This document shows positions 8,850 to 17,914 of a stretch of 64,000 bases of DNA, in pieces. Source of the stretch: Reclinomonas americana ATCC 50394 (Eukaryota). Position 1 is the first letter of the stretch. The number at the start of each line of letters is the position of its first letter. The position numbers were made by a program, and so were the translations under genes. Below the pieces are notes generated by a model that was not told the origin of the DNA, did no database searches, and worked only from the letters and a program-made list of their open reading frames with translations. The stretch covers positions 1,798,001 through 1,862,000 of the forward strand of contig PS015009.1 in assembly GCA_048213135.1 (NCBI GenBank). The letters are read 5' to 3'.

Positions 8850-10352
8850 TTAAAAACCCTGAATCTCCGGCTGGCGGTATTTCCACACCCGTTGCAGCAG
8901 TTTGATCTCGTAGGGATATTTATAAAAATTGATTTTATAACGAATGCCCGATGCGACATGCATCAGTTTACGTTTCACGTTGTTCAGGCGTATATCCGAT
9001 ACCGTTGGGTAGTACCCGTTGAGTACGGTTTCGAAATTCCGGATCTTATCGATCATCTCCGGTTTAAGCCATGGGGTGAGCGGGTTCTTCCTCAGGTCGA
9101 AACGTTCCCATTCCGGGCTTACCCAATCCTCCAGTTTTTCGGGGAAGCTGAAACCCGCCGCCAGTACCTGTTCATAAAGTTCAGAGCCTTCTGTTGGAAC
9201 CGGGCTGTAGGTATACAATACGATCTCAGTCCGTGGATTAACGGCCTTTACTTTTTTGATGAAATTGATATCAAAGTCGATCTGTGCCATTACCTTTTCC
9301 GGGGTAGGCGCCGGGGTACCCAGCACAAAAGAATATTCGGGAATGATGTCGAATTTTTTCAGCCGCTTCGCGAAACGGATGATCTGTTCGCCGGTCTGTG
9401 TACCACCTTTATCCAGTTGGTGCAGCACATCATCATTACCGCTTTCGGCACCGAAGAAAATAATGCGGCAGCCGGCTTCCCGCAGCAGGGCCAGCGATTC
9501 GTCCCTGAACCGGTCCATGGTATCGATGCGGGCCATGCCCCACCAGTTCATCTTTTCGGGCCTGATGAGTTTCGAAAATTCCACCACTCTTTTTTCGGAA
9601 ACAAAAAAGTTATTGTCGTGAAATTCGATGGCATCGGCACCCCATTTATCTTTTATATATTTCACATCATTATAAACCTGTTGTGCTGTTTTAGCTTTCC
9701 AACGGCCTTCATAAGTAGGTACCACGGCGCAAAAAGAACAGGTGAACGGGCAGCCAATGCTGGAATGGTAAGCCAGTGTTTTATTGCCGAGGTAAGTCTT
9801 ACCCAGGTATTTTTCCCGGATAGAATAAAAGCGGTCTATTTTATCGTATGGCAATGCCGGCAGTGTGTCCTGTTCAATGAGGCTTTCCTTTGGGTTTTTG
9901 ATGATGTCGCCATTGGCAGTATAGATAAGGTTCCTGATGAGTTCATACGGTTCATTATTTTCCAGCGCGTCAATCAGGCTGGGAAAAGCATGATCGCCGG
10001 GGCCATTGATCACAAAGTCAACATACCCCGAGCGAAGGATCACTTTATAATGATTGGTGGGAAAATAGCCGCCCCAGATGATCACAGTACCCGGGAACCG
10101 TTCTTTTATCGATTTGGAAAAAGGAATGGCCTGCCGGGTCTGCGGACCGGGCATTACCGTTATGCCCAGGTAGCCAAATTCGCCGGTTGCCAGGTAGTCC
10201 ATAATACGCTGCAGGGGATTGCTTTCGCAATTGCCGTCAACTACCACCCACTCATGTTTGCCCTCTATTGACGCGGCAATATTGAGAATGGAATTAGGAA
10301 TGCGGTGCTTCGCGATGGCGCTTTGAGGATTGAACAGGATGACCTTCTTCAT
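8850..10352 (-). CDS. Cobalamin-binding-domain radical SAM protein
   Basis: IIWGGYFPT, DFVINGPGD, SIGCPFTCSFC, FHDNNF, GAESG. Confidence 0.9.
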   Translation of the reverse strand: MKKVILFNPQSAIAKHRIPNSILNIAASIEGKHEWVVVDGNCESNPLQRIMDYLATGEFGYLGITVMPGPQTRQAIPFSKSIKERFPGTVIIWGGYFPTNHYKVILRSGYVDFVINGPGDHAFPSLIDALENNEPYELIRNLIYTANGDIIKNPKESLIEQDTLPALPYDKIDRFYSIREKYLGKTYLGNKTLAYHSSIGCPFTCSFCAVVPTYEGRWKAKTAQQVYNDVKYIKDKWGADAIEFHDNNFFVSEKRVVEFSKLIRPEKMNWWGMARIDTMDRFRDESLALLREAGCRIIFFGAESGNDDVLHQLDKGGTQTGEQIIRFAKRLKKFDIIPEYSFVLGTPAPTPEKVMAQIDFDINFIKKVKAVNPRTEIVLYTYSPVPTEGSELYEQVLAAGFSFPEKLEDWVSPEWERFDLRKNPLTPWLKPEMIDKIRNFETVLNGYYPTVSDIRLNNVKRKLMHVASGIRYKINFYKYPYEIKLLQRVWKYRQPEIQGF

Positions 10353-10447
10353 ATGTCCTTAATCGGCATTTCACAGTAAAAGGTTGCCTGTTTTTTGTAC
10401 TGCTTTATGCTTACTTTTATCCGCATACACTGCTAAAATCATACACT

Positions 10448-11182
10448 TTGATCCGGAAATTATTATCCCGTTTTTTTAAACCCAAAACTGTGGATCCCGA
10501 GCAGGCTTACGACTGGTGGGCCGCCGATTATGACAGTCAGCCAGATAACCTGATGCTGGCCCTGGATGAACAGGTATTCGGCTCCCTGTTGCAGGAAATG
10601 AGCCTTGCGGGGAAACAGGTTATCGATGTGGGTTGTGGTACCGGCCGGCACTGGAACCACCTGCTGAGCGGTCACCCGGCTTCCATTACCGGTTATGACG
10701 TATCGGAAGGGATGCTGAAAAAACTGCAGGAAAAATTCCCGGGTCAGCACACCGTCAAGCTCAATGATCACCGGCTGGAAGCTACGGCTTCCGCTTCGGC
10801 AAATCTGCTCATTTCCACGCTCACCGTAGCGCACATCAGTAATATAAAGGAGACCTTACAGGAATGGGACCGTGTGGTGAAACCCGGCGGGCACATCATC
10901 ATCACTGATTATCACCCCAACGCACTGGCAAGAGGCGGGCGCCGTACATTCAAACACAATACCGAAACGGTGGCGATTACCAATAATGTGCATCCCGTGC
11001 CGGATGTGATTGCCATGGCCGGGCAACTGGGCTGGCAACTGCTGCGATTGGAGGAGAGGAATATTGACGACACGGTAAAACACTTTTATGAAAAACAGCA
11101 GGCCCTTTCCCTTTTTGAAGCGTTCAAAGGAACGCCCATCATTTACGGGTTGCTGCTGGTAAAAAATAATGCTGCTCAGTAA
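10448..11182 (+). CDS. Class I SAM-dependent methyltransferase (BioC-like)
   Basis: AYDWWAADYD, VIDVGCGTGR, GYDVSEGML, RVVKPGG; TTG start. Confidence 0.88.
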   Translation: MIRKLLSRFFKPKTVDPEQAYDWWAADYDSQPDNLMLALDEQVFGSLLQEMSLAGKQVIDVGCGTGRHWNHLLSGHPASITGYDVSEGMLKKLQEKFPGQHTVKLNDHRLEATASASANLLISTLTVAHISNIKETLQEWDRVVKPGGHIIITDYHPNALARGGRRTFKHNTETVAITNNVHPVPDVIAMAGQLGWQLLRLEERNIDDTVKHFYEKQQALSLFEAFKGTPIIYGLLLVKNNAAQ

Positions 11183-12290
11183 TGTACATATCACGGGTAA
11201 AGAAGGCGTATATGATATCCATATCCGGGAAGGGAAAATCCAGTCGATAGAACCCTGCACCGGCACTGAGGAGGGATGGAACATGCAGAGAGCACTTGCC
11301 TTTCCCGGGCTGATCAACTCCCACGACCACCTCGAATTCAATTGCTATTCGTACACAGGTAACCGTAAGTATGCGAATTACCGCGACTGGGGAAACGACA
11401 TCCAGCAGAACAACAGGGCCGAAATAGACCGGGTTTTACGTATACCCGAATACCTGCGTATGCGCTGGGGCATGTATAAGAACATGATCAATGGCGTTAC
11501 TACAGTTGTGCACCATGGCAAACCTATTGCCCGGGGCGATTACCCGGTACATATTGTCCAGTCCTGCCAAAGCCTGCACTCTGTTGGTTTTGAGCCCCGC
11601 TGGAAATGGAAACTGAACCATCCGCTGAAAATGGGCATCCCTGTAGCGATGCATGTTGGTGAGGGCACCGACGAGCTGGCCAAAGAAGAAACCCGGGAGC
11701 TGCTGCGCTGGAATCTTTTAAAAAGAAAAGTTGTAGCGGTACACGGGGTGGGAATGACAGAGGACATAGCGAAAGGCTTTCATGCTCTCGCCTGGTGCCC
11801 GGCTACTAATTTTTTTTTGCTGGGAGCCACAGCGCAGGTGGACAAATTAAAAAAACATTTACCCATCATTTTCGGAACGGATTCCACACTTACGGCGTCT
11901 TGGAATATATGGGATCAGCTGCGTGAGGCCAGGGCCACCGCCCTGCTCAACGATGAGGAATTGTTGGATTCCGTTACCCGTGAGCCATCTGCTGTATGGA
12001 ATTTGCATGAGAGGGGGACTCTTTCCCCGGGAATGATGGCCGATATTGTTATTACTCAATCAAATGATTTTTTTTCGACAGATCCGTGTCACATCCTGCT
12101 GGTATTGCGGGAAGGCCGGCCGGAACTGGCTGACCCGGTTTTTGAGGGAGTGATCAATAACATCGAAAAAGATACCTGCAACACCTGTTTTGTACAGGGC
12201 ATAAAAAAATATGTCAGGGGAGATATAGCTGGGTTGATAAAAGAGGTGCGGCACTGGTGCCCTGGCATTGAATTACCTGTTACCGTTTAA
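11169..12290 (+). CDS. Metal-dependent amidohydrolase (nucleoside deaminase-like)
   Basis: PGLINSHDH (HxH), GVTT, MHVGEG, VHGV, WCPATN, GTDS, PGMMADIV. Confidence 0.85.
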   Translation: MLLSNVHITGKEGVYDIHIREGKIQSIEPCTGTEEGWNMQRALAFPGLINSHDHLEFNCYSYTGNRKYANYRDWGNDIQQNNRAEIDRVLRIPEYLRMRWGMYKNMINGVTTVVHHGKPIARGDYPVHIVQSCQSLHSVGFEPRWKWKLNHPLKMGIPVAMHVGEGTDELAKEETRELLRWNLLKRKVVAVHGVGMTEDIAKGFHALAWCPATNFFLLGATAQVDKLKKHLPIIFGTDSTLTASWNIWDQLREARATALLNDEELLDSVTREPSAVWNLHERGTLSPGMMADIVITQSNDFFSTDPCHILLVLREGRPELADPVFEGVINNIEKDTCNTCFVQGIKKYVRGDIAGLIKEVRHWCPGIELPVTV

Positions 12291-12303
12291 ATGAGAAGAA
12301 TCA

Positions 12304-13422
12304 ATGAAACTGGCAGACCTCAATTATCATTGTCACACCGATATCACCGACCCCTATGAAGTGATCAGCCTGCACGCACTCAGCTCAGGCTATATTGATC
12401 CCATCAGCCGGCATCTTGAACTGCTGCTTATCAAACATATGGCGCATGAAGCCCTGGTAAGAGAGGAGGGTGTTAATTATCATTTTTTTAAAAGCCGCAA
12501 CAGGTCCTGGTATATCCCTTCCCGTACACACCGTTTTCTTAAAAAGGCAAAACCGGATGTGATACTTGTGCAGGGTTTTGTTTTCCCCCTGCAGGTGATG
12601 GCATTGCGCAGGGCGCTGGGAAAAAATGTAAAAATTCTGTTGCAGCATCACGGAGAAAGGCCCTTTAAGGGTATAAAGGGATGGTTGCAGCGGCGTGCCG
12701 ATAAAAGTGTCAGCGCTTACCTGTTTACCGCCAAAAATAATGCCCGGCCCTGGCTTGACGCAGGCATCATCAGCAATGAAAATAAATGCCGCGAACTGCT
12801 GAGTGCGTCCAGCCCATTTTCCAATATTTCAAGGAAAAATAATAATTCCCCGGTTCAACTCGCCGGTCAGCCAACATTCCTGTGGGTGGCCCGGCTTAAT
12901 GAGAATAAAGATCCCCTCACAGTTGTGCAGGCATTCCTGCGTTTCCTGGAACAATCGCCAGGCGCACAATTGTATATGATCTATCAAACAGAAGAACTCC
13001 TTCCTCAGTTGCAGCAATTGGTGGAGCATTATCCGCAATGGCTGTCTTCCATTCATTTCTGCGGAAAAAAAGAAAGAACCGAGCTGGAAGATTGGTACAA
13101 TGCCGCCGACTTTTATATTTCAGGAAGCCACCGGGAAGGAAGTGGCTATGCCCTGGCTGAAGCGATGGTCTGTGGCTGTATTCCCGTTGTAACGAATATC
13201 CCTTCTTTTATAAAAATGACCGATGATGGAAAGATGGGTTTTATTTTTGAACCGGGTGATGCGGACAGTTGCTATGCTGCATTGCTGCGCACCACGAATA
13301 TTGATAAGGACCAGGTAAGCGATCTGGTAGCAACTTACGCCATGAAGCACCTGGGTTATGAAGCTGTAGCCAGCCAGTTGCTGGCCATCGCTTATGAAAC
13401 AGTCAATCATAAAGACGCATAA
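12304..13422 (+). CDS. Glycosyltransferase family 4
   Basis: WVARLNENKD, EGSGYALAEAMVCG. Confidence 0.88.
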   Translation: MKLADLNYHCHTDITDPYEVISLHALSSGYIDPISRHLELLLIKHMAHEALVREEGVNYHFFKSRNRSWYIPSRTHRFLKKAKPDVILVQGFVFPLQVMALRRALGKNVKILLQHHGERPFKGIKGWLQRRADKSVSAYLFTAKNNARPWLDAGIISNENKCRELLSASSPFSNISRKNNNSPVQLAGQPTFLWVARLNENKDPLTVVQAFLRFLEQSPGAQLYMIYQTEELLPQLQQLVEHYPQWLSSIHFCGKKERTELEDWYNAADFYISGSHREGSGYALAEAMVCGCIPVVTNIPSFIKMTDDGKMGFIFEPGDADSCYAALLRTTNIDKDQVSDLVATYAMKHLGYEAVASQLLAIAYETVNHKDA

Positions 13423-14455
13423 ATGCCGCGGCACTTACATTCATATCAAATGCGGCGCTGTCGGGAAATATGGGAGAAAAGACAGGTAATATAGCCGCCA
13501 CCCGCTGCGCCATTTCTTCCGCGTCGCCGGCAATGAACCAATTGGGAACAGCGTTATGCATGGGTTGTACAGAACTGATGACAGTACAGCCTGCATACAA
13601 TGCCTCCAGCGCAACTGTAGCAAAACCTTCATAAGAAGACGGGTGCAGCAAAATTTTACTGCGTTGTAATAAAGCGATCACCGAAGTATGATCCAATGCG
13701 CCGGTAAGCGTGATGTTATTATCAAGACCGGAATCACTGATCTTTTCCTGCAGCATTTTTCGCTCTCCCCCTTCGCCAATGATCATCACCCTGATGCCGG
13801 GAAAACGATCTTTCAGTTTTGCTACGGTATCCACCACCATACTGAACCGCTTTAAAGGAATAAGTGATCCGACAGCTATCATGTCGATATTTCTTTCACC
13901 CGTCTCACCACTGAACCGTGCAGGATCAACACCATTCGGTATGACATGTGCAGGCCGGGTGTGGTAATTTTTTTCGAAAGTGTCGGCCACAAAATCAGAG
14001 ATGGCTACGAGTTCGTCAGCGGTTGGTTGTATGCTTCGTATGAAAGTATTACCGGCTTTCGCATCCTGGCCCAGTATCCAGCAAAAATGCGGTAACCGGT
14101 GCAGGCGGGCAAAACGGCTGGCCATTAAGGCTGCTTCGCCACACCAGAAACTCAGCAAACCTTTGATGAGGCGCGTCTTTCCCAGGTTGTTCAGTTCCAA
14201 TCGTACCTGCCGCCATATCCACCTGCGAAAAATGCCACCGCTGTTACGGCCATTGAACGCGATAACCGTGTTGCCATACCATTCATATTTTTTTTTGACG
14301 AAAGGATACTGGAAGGCGAGGATGATAATTTTTATACCGGGGTATAATGCATTGAAACTGCGGATGAGCTGCTGCTGGGAAGTCAGACAACTGTCATCCG
14401 ACTCATCCCTGGCGAAGCCGGGAGACAATACCAGCAGTACAGGATCAGTTCTCAT
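13403..14455 (-). CDS. Glycosyltransferase family 4
   Basis: IPNGVD, VGSLIPLK, PSSYEGFATVALEA. Confidence 0.88.
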   Translation of the reverse strand: MRTDPVLLVLSPGFARDESDDSCLTSQQQLIRSFNALYPGIKIIILAFQYPFVKKKYEWYGNTVIAFNGRNSGGIFRRWIWRQVRLELNNLGKTRLIKGLLSFWCGEAALMASRFARLHRLPHFCWILGQDAKAGNTFIRSIQPTADELVAISDFVADTFEKNYHTRPAHVIPNGVDPARFSGETGERNIDMIAVGSLIPLKRFSMVVDTVAKLKDRFPGIRVMIIGEGGERKMLQEKISDSGLDNNITLTGALDHTSVIALLQRSKILLHPSSYEGFATVALEALYAGCTVISSVQPMHNAVPNWFIAGDAEEMAQRVAAILPVFSPIFPDSAAFDMNVSAAAFMRLYD

Positions 14456-16091
14456 CGAGCGAAAGGGTTTTGTTGCACCAGGAAAGACTTTCCCTGTTGT
14501 GGCTGATGAGAATGATCATCTTACCATTATTGGCCAGTTGCGTGAAATACTGCAGCAGCCTTGTTTCTGATGCTTTGTCCAATTCATTGAAAGGCTCGTC
14601 GAGCAATATCAGGTCGGCATCTTTATATAAAGCCCTGGCAATGGCGATGCGCTGGCGCTGCCCGCCGCTGATGTTGCGGCCATTCTCGGTAATAACTTTA
14701 TCCAGTCCTTCGGGGTATTGACCGGATAGCTGATCGAGCCCTGTGGCCTTTACCACCTGCCCCAGTTTTTCCGTATCGCAGGGCCCGTCATCAAGTATAA
14801 TATTATTGCGGATGCTGTCGTGCAACAGGAATTGCTGCTGTTTGACATAAGCGATATGATCGCGGAACCCTTCCCTTTCGCTGCAACTGGTGATGCTGTT
14901 GTTGATGATCACATCGCCCGAAGCAGGCTCCAGGAAACCGGGTATCAGGTTCACCAATGTGGTCTTACCCCTGCCCGAAAGACCCGACACGCCCAGCATA
15001 TCGCCCTGCTGCAGGTGAAAGGAACAATCGCGGAGAACAGGTTTCCCGTCTGCATGGTACGCTACATGTTGCAGGGCGATGGACTCAATTCTTTGACCGT
15101 TGGGTTGAATACCTGCGGCAATACCGGCCCCGGGTAAAAGGGCTTCAGTCGTGAAGCTGTAAGTGCGGATCTGCCCGATACTGTTCAGGATCTTTACAAT
15201 ACCCGGGATGATCTTATAGGCTCCCGCCATAAACGCGGCAACCGTAACCAGCGGAACACCACCACTATGACTGTAATAACCAGCAACGATGAGCAGGAGC
15301 AGGCCCAGCACTGCGAATATTTCCAGCAACCGCGAAGGAATATGCTGAACAGCCAGCTGCCGGGACAGGAAGCGGTTGAAACTTTCCTGGTAACTGCTGT
15401 AACGGCGGGTAAAGAAATCGTGTTTCTGGTAAATATTACTCTCCACGTAACCGGCAACGGCTTCATGCAGGTACTGGATCGTTTTTTCACTCACCGGTTT
15501 GGCGGTGTTACGGATATGTGCCAGTTTCTTTTTCAGGAAAAGGGCGGTAAGTATAACCGGCACACTCAGCAAACCGGTCAGCAACAGGAACAGTAAAGGA
15601 TTATACAGGCAGATGGCTGTGGCCGTCAGCAAAACCAATATGGACTGTCCCGCTATCTGCTGCCAGCCTGCCAGCACATGATGGCCAAACTCTATCGGTT
15701 GCTGGCTGATGCTGCGCAACCATACGGAAGAATCGGTATGCACATGATCACGAAAATTGCCTTTCAGGTACTGTAATAATTTTTGTCTCGATAAACGGGC
15801 GGCCACGGTATAGGCAAAATAATATTGCCGGCTGATGATGGCATGTGCCACAATGTTCTTTACGGCAAACAACACTGCAAATGTGATGATGGGCAGTAAA
15901 GGATAAGTGTTGAACAGGGGAATACCCGACTGCATCTGAGCAACGGTATAAAAATTCAGCACATACACCAGCATGGCCATAAAGCCGATGTCGAGCAGGT
16001 TGATCACCACATCAAGCAGCAATTGCCAGCCCAGCCTTCTTTTTTCGGCAGGCAGCAATATGCGGGAGATATGTGATAAGGTGCTGATCAT
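14445..16091 (-). CDS. ABC transporter, fused permease and ATPase (PglK/MsbA-like glycolipid flippase)
   Basis: N-terminal TM domain; Walker A GLSGRGKTT, signature ISGGQRQR, Walker B ILLDE. Confidence 0.85.
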   Translation of the reverse strand: MISTLSHISRILLPAEKRRLGWQLLLDVVINLLDIGFMAMLVYVLNFYTVAQMQSGIPLFNTYPLLPIITFAVLFAVKNIVAHAIISRQYYFAYTVAARLSRQKLLQYLKGNFRDHVHTDSSVWLRSISQQPIEFGHHVLAGWQQIAGQSILVLLTATAICLYNPLLFLLLTGLLSVPVILTALFLKKKLAHIRNTAKPVSEKTIQYLHEAVAGYVESNIYQKHDFFTRRYSSYQESFNRFLSRQLAVQHIPSRLLEIFAVLGLLLLIVAGYYSHSGGVPLVTVAAFMAGAYKIIPGIVKILNSIGQIRTYSFTTEALLPGAGIAAGIQPNGQRIESIALQHVAYHADGKPVLRDCSFHLQQGDMLGVSGLSGRGKTTLVNLIPGFLEPASGDVIINNSITSCSEREGFRDHIAYVKQQQFLLHDSIRNNIILDDGPCDTEKLGQVVKATGLDQLSGQYPEGLDKVITENGRNISGGQRQRIAIARALYKDADLILLDEPFNELDKASETRLLQYFTQLANNGKMIILISHNRESLSWCNKTLSLDEN

Positions 16092-16100
16092 ATTTTTTAT

Positions 16101-17027
16101 TTACGTGGAAGATCTTTTGGGCCAGCGTACCAGGAAAACGGATGCCAGGTGGCGCAGTCTGTCGCCGGAGTACGCGGCTTTCGCCAGCAAGCGGAAGGCC
16201 CTGCTGTACTGCCGTTTCTCCAGTTGTTTTACCGCGGCTTCGGTAACCAGGTAAGCCCGTCTTTTGAGGGCGGTCTTTTTCAGCAGCGGATCATTACAGG
16301 TGGCGGCAAAATGCCCGTACAACCAGGCCGTCTGCTCGTGCGGCCGTTCAAAATGGTTGGTGCTGCGGCCCGCGTGCTCACGTATGCGTACCAGTGTTTG
16401 TGGCAGCGCTACAGCTTGGGCCTGTTGCGATAAACGCAGCACCAGTTCATAATCTTCACGGTACAGCAGTTCGGGGCGGGTGTCGAACCCGTCGAGGTTT
16501 TCAAATGACCTGCGGCTCAGCATCAGTGTACCAATGGCCGCGGTGGCAGTATTGGTGAGCAGTAATTCCGTAATGTTACCCGGGTAAGGATGATAGCCTC
16601 CCGATCTCAACGGAAGCGGCTGTCCTTCAGTATCCACCATTTCAAAACCGCCATAACACCAGCGTTCATCATCATCATCCAGTACCGCTAATTGTGCGCT
16701 GAGTTTGCCCGGCATCCAGGTATCATCAGAATCCAGGAAACAGATCCACCGGCCACAACCCGCCCTGGCACCGGCATTGCGCAGCAGGGCAATGTTGCCG
16801 GTATGTTCCATACGCAGGAAGCTGATGCGTTCATCGTTGAAAGAAGCAACCATGGCGGCGGTATCATCGGCAGAACCGTCGTCGGCGATCACCAGTTCCC
16901 AATGCGGGTAATCCTGCAGCAGTACAGACACGATGGCCTCGCGGAGCAATGCGCTCCGGTTGTAGGTGGGGATCACTATGGTAACCAGCGGTTGCAGGCA
17001 GTTGTTGTGTTTGATCGTTAAAAGCAA
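16101..17027 (-). CDS. Glycosyltransferase family 2
   Basis: IVIPTYNR, DDGSAD, FLDSDD, EDYELVLR; TTG start. Confidence 0.9.
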   Translation of the reverse strand: MLLTIKHNNCLQPLVTIVIPTYNRSALLREAIVSVLLQDYPHWELVIADDGSADDTAAMVASFNDERISFLRMEHTGNIALLRNAGARAGCGRWICFLDSDDTWMPGKLSAQLAVLDDDDERWCYGGFEMVDTEGQPLPLRSGGYHPYPGNITELLLTNTATAAIGTLMLSRRSFENLDGFDTRPELLYREDYELVLRLSQQAQAVALPQTLVRIREHAGRSTNHFERPHEQTAWLYGHFAATCNDPLLKKTALKRRAYLVTEAAVKQLEKRQYSRAFRLLAKAAYSGDRLRHLASVFLVRWPKRSST

Positions 17028-17095
17028 AGCGGCGCAAAGGGCAGTTCCTGTTCACTTTGCGCCGGCCTTGCCTTATTTGCGGTTTATTCAATATG

Positions 17096-17842
17096 CTATA
17101 GTCCTATCGCCCTGGCAATAGTATGCACGAAAACAGCGATGTCCATTTTCATGGTCCAGTGGCGGACATAAAAAATATCCATATTCACCCGTTCCTTCAT
17201 CATGCCAATATTTTCCGCTACGCCGGTATAGCCCATCACTTGCGCCAGGCCTGTAATACCGGGTTTCACTTTGTGGCGGTAACCATAATCGTGTATCAGT
17301 TCATCATACCGGATATTGTCGCTTGTCATATGCGGCCTGGGGCCGATGATGGACATATCGCCCAGCAATACATTGATGAACTGCGGCAGTTCGTCGAGGT
17401 AGTGGTCACGCAGGAAATGTCCCACCGGGGTAATGCGTTTGTCATTTTTCACTGCCGGTAAAATATCCGCGTCTATATTGGTGATCATGGAACGAAATTT
17501 CAGGCAGGTAAAAAGCTGGCCGTTGCGTTTATTCCTTTTCTGTAAAAAGAAAACCGGTCCCGGCGAATCGATTTTGATCAGCAGGGCAATGAGCGGGGTA
17601 AGCCAGGAGAGCAGGCCCACGATCACCACCAGGGAAACCAGTACATCCACCGCTCTTTTGATGTACCTGTTCCATCGGTTATCGAGCGGATGGTGGTGCA
17701 GGGGCGTGGAGGGGGCATGAAAACGCAGCAGGTGGTCAAACTCCTGCCGCAATTCATAATAGGAGGCGCCTCCCATACCGGTTTCCGCTATTTTCAGTTT
17801 CCCGGTGGAATAGGTGCTTATGGTTTTAACAACTCTCTTCAT
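17096..17842 (-). CDS. Phosphoglycosyl (priming sugar) transferase, Bac_transf family, short form
   Basis: KRAVD, PGPVFFLQKR, KFRSM, LDELPQFINVLLGDMSIIGPRP, VKPGITGLAQV. ATG 17842 chosen because the longer track ORF overlaps galK. Confidence 0.88.
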   Translation of the reverse strand: MKRVVKTISTYSTGKLKIAETGMGGASYYELRQEFDHLLRFHAPSTPLHHHPLDNRWNRYIKRAVDVLVSLVVIVGLLSWLTPLIALLIKIDSPGPVFFLQKRNKRNGQLFTCLKFRSMITNIDADILPAVKNDKRITPVGHFLRDHYLDELPQFINVLLGDMSIIGPRPHMTSDNIRYDELIHDYGYRHKVKPGITGLAQVMGYTGVAENIGMMKERVNMDIFYVRHWTMKMDIAVFVHTIARAIGL

Positions 17843-17914
17843 ATTCAGGTGTTTCCGTATATCCAATCGCAAGCAGTTTTTTAAAGGTTGCCCTTCATTT
17901 GTTAACTTGGGAAT

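Noticed and set aside
8763-10271. 502-aa plus-strand ORF
   Set aside because: Antisense shadow of the B12 radical SAM gene; no recognisable motifs
5575-10352. Calling the B12 radical SAM genes bchE or hopanoid methylases
   Set aside because: No photosynthesis or hopanoid genes nearby; the shared motifs are generic to the family
7035-10447. RiPP cluster around the SPASM-type enzyme
   Set aside because: No precursor ORF, RRE or peptidase; the nearby ABC transporter lacks a C39 peptidase domain
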